A stretch of DNA of 64,000 nt from an uncultured Chloroflexia bacterium. GTDB lineage: Bacteria > Chloroflexota > Chloroflexia > Thermomicrobiales > CFX8. Every line of letters begins with the position of its first letter. Within the stretch, counting starts at the first letter, position 1. This document shows, in pieces, positions 10,248 through 19,852 of this stretch. The DNA is taken from NCBI GenBank assembly GCA_963709995.1, contig CAVPYN010000011.1, positions 15,829 through 79,828 of the forward strand, written 5' to 3'. The notes beneath the pieces are model-generated. The model saw only the letters and a program-made list of their open reading frames with translations, was not told where the DNA came from and ran no database searches. Both the position numbers and the translations under genes were made by a program.

Positions 10248-12841
10248 GCCTCTTCAACCGCATCCCTGTCGCCACGTACCGGTTGCAGATGAACGCCGGG
10301 TTTACCTTCGAACAGGCTCGCGAACTGCTCGACTACCTTCAGCAGCTTGGGATGAGCGATCTCTACCTGTCGCCGATCATGCGTGCTCGCGAGGGCAGCG
10401 ATCACGGCTACGACACCGTCGATCCAACGACAATCAACCCGGTTCTTGGCGGCCAGGATGCCTTCGATCGCCTCGCCGCAAGCGCTGCAACGCGCGGCAT
10501 CGGCATCTTGCTGGACATCGTCCCGAACCATATGGCGGCGTCGAGCGAAAACCGCTGGTGGTGGAATGCGTTGTGTGATGGACCCGAGTGCACCAGCGGA
10601 GCAGTATTCGATATCTACTGGGATGCGGATGGCAAGGCTCTGCTCCCGGTTCTCGGCGATCACTACGCCAACGTTCTGGAGCGGGACGAGCTTGGGATCG
10701 CGGAAGATGCCGGCGCCTTCGTCCTGACGTATTTTGACAACCGATTCCCCCTGAACGTGGATCAACTGTCTCGATCTACGCTCGCTCGATATCGGAACAC
10801 GGACGATCCCGAGACCAGGCGCGAACTTCTGGATCAGATCATCGGCGGCCAGCATTACCGGCTCGGCTACTGGCGCACGGCCAGCCGGGAGATCAACTAC
10901 CGGCGATTCTTCGATATCAACGAACTCGTAGCACTCCGGATGGAAGATGGTGAGGCGTTCGGGCTGATCCACGACTCTCTTGCACAGCTTGCAGCAACCG
11001 GCAAAATCACTGGACTGCGTATTGACCACATCGATGGGCTCCGCGATCCGCTCGCCTATCTCCAGCGTTTGCAGGAACACGTTTACGGCAATGAGGCGTC
11101 GCCGCCAATCTATGTCGCCGTCGAGAAGATCCTGACCGGGGACGAGAATCTTCCAGACGACTGGCCGGTTGCAGGCACATCTGGCTACGACTTCCTGAAT
11201 ATGTCCAGCGCGGCGCTGACTAGCACCGTGGGACTCCAGCGACTCATCGAAATCACCAGCCGTTTCGCTGCGGACGAGGCGGAATTCGATCGTATCGTGC
11301 ATCAGGCCAAGTATCAGGTGATTGACGAACTGTTCGCGGCAGATCTCAGCAGGCTGGTGGTCTCGCTCGGGTCGATCGCGCGATCCGACCGCTACGGGCG
11401 GGACCTGATCGGTGACGAACTACGCTCAGCCATCCGTGAGATGACCGCCTGCATGCCGGTCTATCGCACCTATGTCGCAAGCACAGACGTCAGCCCCATC
11501 GATAAGCGGGTCATAGAGCAGGTCAGCCAGGAAGCACTAGATCAGCGTCCAGGGCTTCAGGTTGCGATCAGATTCCTGCGCCGGGTGTTGCTGCTCGAAG
11601 ACTGGAAGCGGCTCGAACGTGACGACCTGAACCGGCGCATCGACTTTGTCGCCCGCTGGCAGCAATTCACCGGACCGGTCATGGCCAAAGGTCTCGAGGA
11701 TACGACCCTGTACCGCGACCCCACGCTGCTTTCGGCCAACGCCGTCGGCGGGGAACGCGACGCCGCCGAAGCGAGCGTCGATGATTTCCATGCCTGGGCG
11801 CAGCGTCGCGCCGAGCGCTGGCCGCACACGATGAACGCAACCTCGACCCACGACTCCAAACGTAGTGAGGACATTCGCGCCCGGATTGCGGTACTGTCCG
11901 AACTTCCCGGCGAGTGGGAGGCCGCTTTCGAGTCATGGCGGGAGGCAACGGCCGCCGACGTGCGCTCGGTCGATGGCCTGCCGGTTCCGGACGGCCGGGG
12001 GACGCTCTTCCTCTTCCAGACGTTGCTCGGTTCCTGGCCGTTGCAGGAAGGCGATCTTTCGGACTATCCGGAGCGGCTTCAGTCCTACGCGGTGAAGGCC
12101 GAGCGAGAGGCAAAGCTACAAACGAGCTGGCTCGACGTCAATCAGACCTACGAAGCGGCGCTCCAGGCGTTCATTGATGACCTCTTCGACAACCAACAGT
12201 TCCTCAACCTGTCCCTGCCATTCCAGCAACACATTGCGTTTCACGGCATGCTCAATTCGCTCAGCTCGACCCTGCTTAAGATCACCTCACCGGGGCTGCC
12301 TGATTTCTATCAGGGCACCGAGCTCTGGGATTTCAGTCTGGTCGACCCGGACAATCGCCGGCCGGTGGATTTCGATCTGCGCGCCAGGATGTTGCAAGAT
12401 GTGATGTCCGCGCCATCACCCGCACAGCTTGTCAACGATTGGCGCAGTGGTCAGATCAAGCTCTACCTCATCTGGAAATCGCTCCAGATCAGGGCATCGA
12501 ACCGTGGATTGTTCGAACAGGGAAACTACATCCCGCTGGTAGCCGACGGCGAGCACGCACGCCACGTGATTGCATTCGCGCGCGCCAGCGAGAGAGCCTG
12601 GGCAATCACCATGGTGCCACGTCTCACCGCGATGCTGGCGATAGACGCGGGCCGCCCTCTCGGCCAGCTTCCCCTTGGGCTCGACGTCTGGAACGACACC
12701 TCGATCATCTTGCCGGATGACCTGCCTGCTGCCTGGTCAGACGTCTTCACTTCACGAGACGTTCGATCATCGAAGGGGCGCATCCGCGTCGGCGACATCT
12801 TGCGGGACTTTCCCGCCGGGCTCCTAGTCGCCGAGAGGTAG
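10244..12841 (+). CDS. treY: Malto-oligosyltrehalose synthase (TreY, GH13)
   Basis: 865 aa. N-terminus is ATYRLQMNAGFTF...LYLSPIMRAREGSDHGYD...DIVPNHMA, with GLRIDHIDGL further on. ATGA overlap with the GH57 stop. Confidence 0.9.
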   Translation: MSLFNRIPVATYRLQMNAGFTFEQARELLDYLQQLGMSDLYLSPIMRAREGSDHGYDTVDPTTINPVLGGQDAFDRLAASAATRGIGILLDIVPNHMAASSENRWWWNALCDGPECTSGAVFDIYWDADGKALLPVLGDHYANVLERDELGIAEDAGAFVLTYFDNRFPLNVDQLSRSTLARYRNTDDPETRRELLDQIIGGQHYRLGYWRTASREINYRRFFDINELVALRMEDGEAFGLIHDSLAQLAATGKITGLRIDHIDGLRDPLAYLQRLQEHVYGNEASPPIYVAVEKILTGDENLPDDWPVAGTSGYDFLNMSSAALTSTVGLQRLIEITSRFAADEAEFDRIVHQAKYQVIDELFAADLSRLVVSLGSIARSDRYGRDLIGDELRSAIREMTACMPVYRTYVASTDVSPIDKRVIEQVSQEALDQRPGLQVAIRFLRRVLLLEDWKRLERDDLNRRIDFVARWQQFTGPVMAKGLEDTTLYRDPTLLSANAVGGERDAAEASVDDFHAWAQRRAERWPHTMNATSTHDSKRSEDIRARIAVLSELPGEWEAAFESWREATAADVRSVDGLPVPDGRGTLFLFQTLLGSWPLQEGDLSDYPERLQSYAVKAEREAKLQTSWLDVNQTYEAALQAFIDDLFDNQQFLNLSLPFQQHIAFHGMLNSLSSTLLKITSPGLPDFYQGTELWDFSLVDPDNRRPVDFDLRARMLQDVMSAPSPAQLVNDWRSGQIKLYLIWKSLQIRASNRGLFEQGNYIPLVADGEHARHVIAFARASERAWAITMVPRLTAMLAIDAGRPLGQLPLGLDVWNDTSIILPDDLPAAWSDVFTSRDVRSSKGRIRVGDILRDFPAGLLVAER

Positions 12842-12860
12842 CGGGCACGAACACCATGCG

Positions 12861-12896
12861 GATGCCGCAGTTCCGTAGCGAAGCGTCCGCGGCATC
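12861..12896. terminator. Hairpin between the convergent treY and thioesterase-like genes
   Basis: GATGCCGC (12861-12868) pairs perfectly with GCGGCATC (12889-12896), leaving a 20-nt loop. It sits between two convergent stops (12841 and 12931). There is no clear U tract. Confidence 0.4.
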
Positions 12897-12930
12897 AGTT
12901 CCACCTGGTTCACCGGTAGCCCGCTTGCGA

Positions 12931-14250
12931 TCAGGCCCCGGCTCCAGCCAGTGTCTCGCGCAGGAAACGCAAAACTTCCGGCCAGGCTTCTCGCTGGGCT
13001 CTGGCGTGCGCGGCGGATTCGCCGCCACGGGCAACGAGAAAACCCCGGATCGGGTGGCGGCCGGAGTTGACCGTCGTCGGGAGATGCGGCGCGCGGATGC
13101 CGTGGCCAGCGCCCGCGTACTGGAGATGCCGGTATAGCTGCGGGTGGTTATGCTCGGCGAGCCGCTCGACGATCATCTCCGACATTAACGTCGAGGGCCA
13201 CATCGCATCGTCCTGACCGGAGATCAGGAGAAGCGGGCATTCGATGCGCTCTACCGGAATGGCCGCATGTCTTACCGCGTCGCGATCTTCAAGGTTGATC
13301 AGGTAGCGGCGGGTGAGCGCCACCGGCTCGTCGCCGAGGATCTGTCGATCCTGCTCCGCCGTTACCCTGTCCGGCATCATTGGCAGCGGCTTGCCCCGAT
13401 AGCTCCACGACGGCGACCCGATGGCCGAATTGCCGGGTCCGATGCCCGCCCAGAGGACGGAGCTTGGCACCCAGGCAACGATCGCGTCGATCAGTTCGGG
13501 AAACGTCGAGCCGAGCAGCAGCACGAGTTCGCCCCCGCGCGAAACGCCGGAGAGCGCAACCTTACCGCCGTCGACCGCTTCATGCCTCCGCAGCCAGGTG
13601 ATAGCCGTCTCGAAGTACTCCAGCGGGATTTCGATCAGATGGTCGGGCAATCCATCCATCCCGAAGTACGCCAGGGACATCGCGACGAAGCCGTGCGAGG
13701 CCAGCAACGCTGCTGTCTCGCTGGCCCCACGCATCGCGCCGCCTGAACCGCCCAGGGTGATGACCGCTGGCGCTGGTCCACCGCTGGGCGGCAGGAAGAG
13801 CGTTGCGACGAGCCCGTCTGCTCGCACATCCTCCACTGCCACATCAGGTGAGATGAAATTGCGCGTCAGCATCGCTGTGGTGCTCTTGCCACTCTCCGTT
13901 CGCCCATCGAAGCGCACCTCGCGCGGTTGGAGGCTCGCACTGGCAAACGACGTGGGATCGCTTGCCGGCGTCGCCTGGATCATTGACCAGTACAGACCGG
14001 CGGGATCGATGCCCCGGTAGGTTCCACCGCTTGAAGGCTGGATGGATGGATCAACTTCGCCATCCACGCCAGCGACAAGGATCGCTTCCGATCGCCATTC
14101 GACGCCGTTGTCATCATTGGTCGTTGCGGTCAGCGTCAGCTGCTCACCGGGCCAGGCCCCGCTGATTCGCAGCATCGGGATCTCATCGATCAGTACCTCG
14201 TCAGGCATTACGCGAATTTGAAGTTCCGGGTGATTTTCTGCACCGGACAT
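12931..14250 (-). CDS. BAAT/acyl-CoA thioester hydrolase family protein (N-terminal thioesterase-like domain plus alpha/beta-hydrolase domain)
   Basis: 439 aa. VITLGGSGG, GVSRGGEL (nucleophile elbow GxSxG) and the overall two-domain layout are typical of the BAAT/Acot family. Confidence 0.7.
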   Translation of the reverse strand: MSGAENHPELQIRVMPDEVLIDEIPMLRISGAWPGEQLTLTATTNDDNGVEWRSEAILVAGVDGEVDPSIQPSSGGTYRGIDPAGLYWSMIQATPASDPTSFASASLQPREVRFDGRTESGKSTTAMLTRNFISPDVAVEDVRADGLVATLFLPPSGGPAPAVITLGGSGGAMRGASETAALLASHGFVAMSLAYFGMDGLPDHLIEIPLEYFETAITWLRRHEAVDGGKVALSGVSRGGELVLLLGSTFPELIDAIVAWVPSSVLWAGIGPGNSAIGSPSWSYRGKPLPMMPDRVTAEQDRQILGDEPVALTRRYLINLEDRDAVRHAAIPVERIECPLLLISGQDDAMWPSTLMSEMIVERLAEHNHPQLYRHLQYAGAGHGIRAPHLPTTVNSGRHPIRGFLVARGGESAAHARAQREAWPEVLRFLRETLAGAGA

Positions 14251-14325
14251 ACCGGCAGTCCTTTCTCACGTTTCGATGTGAGATTCATAGCACGGTTCGG
14301 GGCTGCATCTCCATGCCCGTCTACC

Positions 14326-14361
14326 GGTAGAGACGCCCCAGCTGGGCTTCTCTACGTCCGG
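14326..14361. repeat. REP-like extragenic palindrome, copy a (family consensus GGTAGAGACGCGCC-N3-GGCGCGTCTCTACC)
   Basis: Sequence is GGTAGAGACGCCCCAGCTGGGCTTCTCTACGTCCGG. GTAGAGA pairs with TCTCTAC, plus 4 inner GC pairs. It lies in a divergent intergenic region, so it is not a terminator position. Confidence 0.6.
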
Positions 14362-14452
14362 TGATCGCCGAACCATCCACCATAGATCACACCGCTGCCT
14401 ATCCGGGGTAGCATGGCCGGCGACAGCCAGCAGAAAGGTCAACGCCGGATCG

Positions 14453-15682
14453 ATGAAGCAGAGCGCGGCGACAGAAACCCCACTATCCGAATCCGCGCCC
14501 GGGCGTCGTGGCCTGGACACCAGCGTGCTCGTGCCAGTCTGCCTGACACTTTTCATGGCTGGGCTCTGGGGGCAGGCATTCGCGCCGCTGATTCCGGAGA
14601 TCGCGGACGACCTTGGCGTGTCGGTCGCGCTCGTGGGTCAGGTCTCGACGGTCAGCCTGGCGATGATTGGCCTCGGCAGTATCGTTGCCGGTCCGCTGGC
14701 GGACCATTTCGGACACCGCCGCACGATTGCGGTCGGGCTGGCTGGTGGGTCGCTGGCTGCCGCGCTTTCCGGTATCGCCCCGGGCTATCTCGCGCTGCTG
14801 CTGGCCGGGTTCGTCGGGGGCCTGTCCTTTTCGCTGGTTCACGGCGTCTCCTTTGGAACCGTTGTCTCCAGCTTCGAAGGCAGCCAGCGGCGCAGGGCAC
14901 TCGGCATTACCCAGGCGGTCGTGACCTCAGCTGGAATCATCGGCGCGCCGATTGTGACGACCATCGCCTCGCAGGTTGGCTGGCGAGGCACCTTCGGTTT
15001 CATGGCCGTGGTGCTCTTCATCGCAGTGCTCGTTGTGTCCCGTCTGTTGCCGGCCGGAAGAACACGTCGCTCGGAACGTCTATCGCTACAGCACGTCCTC
15101 GCCGCCTACCCGCCGGTGCTCCGTGACGGTGAGGTGCGGCGGCTCTACATTGCCGCGGTGTTGCGGGCGATCGGCTTTGGCGGGCCGATGATCTTCATCT
15201 CGGCATTCCTGATCGACGAGTACGGCTTCACCCTCCAGGAGGTCGGCTTCGCGTTGATGGCGACCGGCGCCGGGATATTCCTCGGCAACCTGGCTGGTGG
15301 TGGGAGCTGGTTGAGCGGCTTCAACCTGCGCCACGCTTACGCGCTCTCCACGGCATCGCTCGGCTTCGGCTGGCTGGCAGTTCTGACCCTGGACATTCCC
15401 GCCATCGCAGTAGTTGCCGGAATTGTCCTTATCTTCTTCGTCGCCGGGATCAGCTACATCAGCCGCCTGGAGCTTCTGGCGGGCGCGTCGCGTGGCGGCT
15501 CGGCAACGACGATGGGACTCAACACGGCCGTCCTCGGACTCGGCAACGCCGCCGGAACCGCCATCGCTGGCCTGCTGCTCGCACTCGGCGGCTACACCCT
15601 GCTGGCCATCGCGTTGCCGTTCTTCTCGACCGCCTCCGCGCTGACCGTCTGGCAACCGCGTTTCCTCCAATCGCGCTCGTAG
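14453..15682 (+). CDS. MFS transporter
   Basis: 409 aa with about 12 hydrophobic segments. GPLADHFGHRRT resembles the MFS loop 2-3 motif. Confidence 0.8.
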   Translation: MKQSAATETPLSESAPGRRGLDTSVLVPVCLTLFMAGLWGQAFAPLIPEIADDLGVSVALVGQVSTVSLAMIGLGSIVAGPLADHFGHRRTIAVGLAGGSLAAALSGIAPGYLALLLAGFVGGLSFSLVHGVSFGTVVSSFEGSQRRRALGITQAVVTSAGIIGAPIVTTIASQVGWRGTFGFMAVVLFIAVLVVSRLLPAGRTRRSERLSLQHVLAAYPPVLRDGEVRRLYIAAVLRAIGFGGPMIFISAFLIDEYGFTLQEVGFALMATGAGIFLGNLAGGGSWLSGFNLRHAYALSTASLGFGWLAVLTLDIPAIAVVAGIVLIFFVAGISYISRLELLAGASRGGSATTMGLNTAVLGLGNAAGTAIAGLLLALGGYTLLAIALPFFSTASALTVWQPRFLQSRS

Positions 15683-15774
15683 GGATGGGGCTCGCCCCCT
15701 TCCGTCTTCTCCCCCTCCACGATTGACCATTCGGAAGGAAATCAAAACCCGGATGGGGACGAGCCCCATCCCTA
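15680..15774. repeat. Inverted pair of a ~26-nt palindromic unit (TAGGGATGGGGCTCG[C/T]CCCC...) separated by ~50 nt
   Basis: The left arm 15680-15705 matches the reverse complement of 15749-15774 at about 24 of 26 positions. The right copy itself folds (GGATGGGG acgag CCCCATCC). It starts at the MFS stop codon. Confidence 0.55.
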
Positions 15775-15916
15775 CGATATCGGGGAGATTCGACCACCTC
15801 AACAAGCGTGATTTTGTCCACTCAGGGCGGCCTGGCGGTGGTCTATAGTAATTGCTGGACCGACAACAACGTCGCAACCGGCCAATCCAGCCGTCCCACA
15901 TGCAAGGAGCCTTCCG

Positions 15917-17299
15917 ATGACCCAGGTCGATCTCGTGATCCGCAATGGCCGTGTCGTGACTGAATCGATGGATGCCCGGGTCGATGTGGGCATCATGGAT
16001 GGCAAGGTGGTCCAGGTCGGCGGGCAGATGGATGCTGCCCGGGAGATCGACGCCAGCTGGAAGATGGTCATTCCCGGAGGGATCGACGCCCACGTCCATG
16101 TCACCAGCCGCCCGGGCGCGCCTGAAGGGCCGCGCTGGGTCGATGATTTCACCAGCGGATCGGCTGCAGCACTTGCCGGCGGGATCACGACGATCGGCAA
16201 CATGACCCAGCTCGGCCACGACGAGACGCCACTCCAGGCGTTGAAGCGTGAAGCAGAACAGGCGGAACGCGAAGCGATTGCCGACGTCCTCCTGCATCCG
16301 ATCTTCAGCGACGCCAGCGACAGCGCGCTCGCCGACGTGCCCCATCTGCTCGAGAACGGTCACAACAGCGTCAAGTTTTTTATGTCGACGCCAACATTCG
16401 ATGGACAATCCGAGGGATACCTCGAACTCGTCCGCCAGGCGGGCGCGGAGAATCTGATCACCCTGATCCACTGCGAGGATTACCCGCTGATCCAGGACGC
16501 GACCCGCCAGCTCGTCCAGGCGGGCAAATCCTCCCTGCGCTACTACGCTGACAGCAGGCCGGTGATCAGCGAAGTCGTCGCCACCCAGCGGGCCATTGCG
16601 TTCTGCGAGGCCACCGGTTCACCGGTCTACATCGTTCATCTCTCTTGCGAACGGGCGCTCGAAGTCTGTGCCCGGGCCCAGTTGCGCGGGCTGCCCGTCT
16701 ACGTCGAGACTCGCCCTCTCTATCTCCACCTGACCCGCGAGCGTTTCCTCGAAACCGACGGCGCGAAATACGTCGGTCAACCGCCGCTTCGCGAGCAATC
16801 GGATGTCGACGCGATCTGGGCGGGGATCAAGAACGGCACGGTCACGACCGTCTGCACCGACCATGCGCCCTGGTCGCTTGAAGCAAAACTCGATCCAGAA
16901 CTGTCGATCGAGAAACTACGGCCCGGCACCGAGAACCTTCAAGTGATGCTGCCGATGCTCTACTCCGAGGGAGCGCGCACCGGAAAGATCTCCCTCCAGA
17001 GGATGATCCAGGTGCTCTCAACCAACGCGGCACGCCTGTTTGGCCTCTACCCGCAGAAAGGCACGATCGCGCCCGGCAGCGACGCCGACATCGTGATCTT
17101 CGATCCTGATTTGACCCGCAACATCACCGGATCGATGCTCAAATCGAACGCCGACTATTCAGTCTTCGAAGGCTGGAGTGTTACCGGCTGGCCAATCATG
17201 ACCATCCGCCGCGGCGAGATTGTCTACGAGCATGGTGAAGTCACCGGCGAACCCGGCTCCGGCATCCTGCCCCACAGAGGACCAACCCAGGCGTTGTAA
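15917..17299 (+). CDS. Dihydropyrimidinase/D-hydantoinase-type cyclic amidohydrolase
   Basis: 460 aa. Motifs are GGIDAHVHV (metal His pair), SVKFFMS (carboxylated-Lys context) and CTDHAPW. Confidence 0.8.
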   Translation: MTQVDLVIRNGRVVTESMDARVDVGIMDGKVVQVGGQMDAAREIDASWKMVIPGGIDAHVHVTSRPGAPEGPRWVDDFTSGSAAALAGGITTIGNMTQLGHDETPLQALKREAEQAEREAIADVLLHPIFSDASDSALADVPHLLENGHNSVKFFMSTPTFDGQSEGYLELVRQAGAENLITLIHCEDYPLIQDATRQLVQAGKSSLRYYADSRPVISEVVATQRAIAFCEATGSPVYIVHLSCERALEVCARAQLRGLPVYVETRPLYLHLTRERFLETDGAKYVGQPPLREQSDVDAIWAGIKNGTVTTVCTDHAPWSLEAKLDPELSIEKLRPGTENLQVMLPMLYSEGARTGKISLQRMIQVLSTNAARLFGLYPQKGTIAPGSDADIVIFDPDLTRNITGSMLKSNADYSVFEGWSVTGWPIMTIRRGEIVYEHGEVTGEPGSGILPHRGPTQAL

Positions 17300-17383
17300 T
17301 AGTTGACCATTATGTAGAAACACCCCGGCGGGGCGTCTCCGGCTTGACATCCCCATCTATTCCCTGGAACCAAATGAGGAACG

Positions 17384-17416
17384 GTACCGGGACGCGCCGC
17401 GGCGCGTCTCTACCGG
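17384..17416. repeat. REP-like palindrome, copy b; probable bidirectional terminator between convergent genes
   Basis: Perfect 18-nt palindrome GACGCGCCGCGGCGCGTC (17391-17408) followed by TCTACCGG. It sits between stops at 17299 (+) and 17439 (-). A degenerate half-copy (GGGGCGTCTCCGG) lies at 17331-17343. Confidence 0.6.
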
Positions 17417-17438
17417 TGGAACAGGATCGTGTTCGTCG

Positions 17439-18746
17439 TCAAAGCACGTTCTTCGGCGCCGCGAGGTCTCCTTCGGCGAAGCGGTTGAATCGGAAAGCGT
17501 GGAGGTCGAGCGACGGCCGGCCATCGAGGATCAGTTCGCTGACCAGCCTCCCGGCAATCGGGCCGAAAGCGAAACCGTGGCCACTGAAGCCGGTCGCAAA
17601 GATGAAGCCGGGCAATTCGTCTGCCTCGCCGATCACCGGAACGGCATCAGGCGTCGCGTCGATCATCCCCGCCCACATCCTGCGAATCTTGACCTTGCCG
17701 TACAGTTCGGGGAACAGATTGACGAATCCCTTGATGCTCTCGACCGCCGTTGCCCGGTCCGGTTCTGGTTCGACATCGACGGTATGGGCGAAGGGATGCT
17801 CGCGCGCCGGGCTCCAGGGGAGCGTGCGTTGGGCGTCTCGCAGCAACTCGCCACCAACATTGAGCTGGAAGATGCTCCGGTTCTTGATGTAATTCGGCAT
17901 GAACATCCGCGCTTGCCGGAACGATTCCAGGGTAATGTCGTGGATCGAGCTCGCGCCACCGGCGATATTGAACGTACCGTCGCGCTTCTGTCGAAACGCC
18001 ACACCGGGCGCCCATGTGCCAATCGGCGTGATTGGCTGGACCGGCGTTGTCTGGGCGACGGTTGCTCGCACAACCCGCTGTGGCAGAGACAGGCCCACCA
18101 TCCGCGCCAGCTTCGCGGAGTGAGCGCCAGCGGCGTTGATCACCACCGACGTGAGAATATAGCCGTTCTCGGTCTCGACCCCGGATACCTGACCATTGAC
18201 AACCTCGATGCTCTCGGCGGCGCAGTAGGTGCGGATGTCCGCACCAAGTTCCCGAGCCGCGTTTGCGAACGCCTCGGTGGCTTTGGCCGGCTCGGCGTGA
18301 CCGTCGGCAGCCGTGTACATCCCGGCGGTAAATGGTCCCTTGATGCCAGGAATCAGCGCTTCAATCTGGGCGCCGGTGAGCAGCTGCGTCTGAACGCCAA
18401 AGTCACGGGCGACCGGTATCCAGTCACGGAAGCGCTGAGCGCGTTGCTCATCTTTCGCGATAGCCAGATTTCCGCCCTGTACCCACTCGATGTCCGCTTC
18501 AAGCTCGGATTCCAGGTTCTGCCAGATCCGGTTGCTCTCGACAATCAAGGGCACTTCATCAGGGTCGCGTCCCTGTATCCTGACGAATCCCCAGTTGCGG
18601 CTGGACTGCTCGCCCCCGATGCGTCCCTTCTCAAGCAAAATGACCTTCGCGTTACGCTTGGCCAGGTAGTAAGCTGCCGCGCAGCCGACGATTCCGCCTC
18701 CGATGACGACGACATCCGCCTGATCGAGATCTATCATCCCGGCCAT
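17439..18746 (-). CDS. FAD-dependent oxidoreductase (DAO family; sarcosine oxidase beta / D-amino-acid oxidase-like)
   Basis: Dinucleotide fold DVVVIGGGIVGCAAAYYLAKRNAKVILLEK. The start was moved to the internal Met (MAGMIDL) to avoid overlapping the upstream gene; the longest ORF starts at 18806. Confidence 0.8.
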   Translation of the reverse strand: MAGMIDLDQADVVVIGGGIVGCAAAYYLAKRNAKVILLEKGRIGGEQSSRNWGFVRIQGRDPDEVPLIVESNRIWQNLESELEADIEWVQGGNLAIAKDEQRAQRFRDWIPVARDFGVQTQLLTGAQIEALIPGIKGPFTAGMYTAADGHAEPAKATEAFANAARELGADIRTYCAAESIEVVNGQVSGVETENGYILTSVVINAAGAHSAKLARMVGLSLPQRVVRATVAQTTPVQPITPIGTWAPGVAFRQKRDGTFNIAGGASSIHDITLESFRQARMFMPNYIKNRSIFQLNVGGELLRDAQRTLPWSPAREHPFAHTVDVEPEPDRATAVESIKGFVNLFPELYGKVKIRRMWAGMIDATPDAVPVIGEADELPGFIFATGFSGHGFAFGPIAGRLVSELILDGRPSLDLHAFRFNRFAEGDLAAPKNVL

Positions 18747-18768
18747 CTCCTGATCCTGTGTTTCATTT

Positions 18769-19728
18769 CTATCGACCAATCTGCCCCGCGTGGGCCATCG
18801 CGCCAATCATGTTGAGGGTAAGCCGCGCCGCCAGGTGGCTGGTCATATCGTTCACGTCAAGCGACGGCACAACCTCGACAAAATCGAAGCCGGCGACCGG
18901 CCCTTTCTCCGCGATTCCTCGCAACAGATCTGTAGCCTGGTAGTAGGTGACCCCGCCAAAACCCGGTGTCCCGACGCCCGGCGCGATCGCCGGGTCGAGC
19001 GCATCGGCGTCGAAGGTGATGTAGTAACGGCCGCCATCGGGAATTCGATCGAGAATCGCGTCGACGCCATCCCGGTGCAACTCCCGCGCGGTGACGAGCA
19101 GGCTGCCATACGCCCTGGCATCGTCCACTTCTGCCTGCCGGGCGCTGCCGACCGCCCGGAGGCCGATCTGCGCCATGCCCTCTACCCACGGCATCTCCGA
19201 AGCCCGCCGCATCGGGCTGCTCAAGCCTTGCCGCACGCCCCCGACCTCGTCGCGCCAATCCAGGTGTTCATCGAGCTGGACGATGTAGATCGGACCATGC
19301 TCCTCGTACGCGCGCGTCACCGGAATAGGGATCGAGTGGTCGCCGCCAAGCACGATCGGGACAGCCCCACGTTCCAGGATCTCTCTGATGACCTCAGTCG
19401 TGGCCTGGAAGTTGGCTTCGTACGCGCCGGGTTCCATCGCGACATCGCCGCAATCGACGATCCTCACATCACGACCGGCGAAGATCTCCCCTTCGAAATC
19501 GACATCGTAATGCGTCAGGAAACGAGCAAAGCGGGTAGACTGCTCGCGCACCGTCCGGGTCGCGTCGGCCGATCGTTGTCTCGCGCCAACCACGCCATAC
19601 GGCACACCGTAGGGAACGCCGATGATTGCCACATCAGCGTCAAGCTCGTCGAGGCTCTCGATGCGCGCCGCGTCGATGAATGACGGCGAGCCTATCGGAA
19701 TCGGAGCAGTCAACCCTGCCATCTGCAT
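18769..19728 (-). CDS. Ureohydrolase (arginase/agmatinase/guanidino-acid hydrolase family)
   Basis: 319 aa. Mn-binding motifs are LGGDHSI, FDADALDP and GFDFVEV. Confidence 0.85.
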   Translation of the reverse strand: MQMAGLTAPIPIGSPSFIDAARIESLDELDADVAIIGVPYGVPYGVVGARQRSADATRTVREQSTRFARFLTHYDVDFEGEIFAGRDVRIVDCGDVAMEPGAYEANFQATTEVIREILERGAVPIVLGGDHSIPIPVTRAYEEHGPIYIVQLDEHLDWRDEVGGVRQGLSSPMRRASEMPWVEGMAQIGLRAVGSARQAEVDDARAYGSLLVTARELHRDGVDAILDRIPDGGRYYITFDADALDPAIAPGVGTPGFGGVTYYQATDLLRGIAEKGPVAGFDFVEVVPSLDVNDMTSHLAARLTLNMIGAMAHAGQIGR

Positions 19729-19852
19729 TGCCTTCCAGTCCTCGCGAACCGTTGTAGGGGCACTCTACACTACAGCGGAGCGGCCCGGAACATGGCAATA
19801 TGATCTCCGGGTCGCTTCGAGCAAAAACCATGAAGAAAGATCGGGACAAGAA

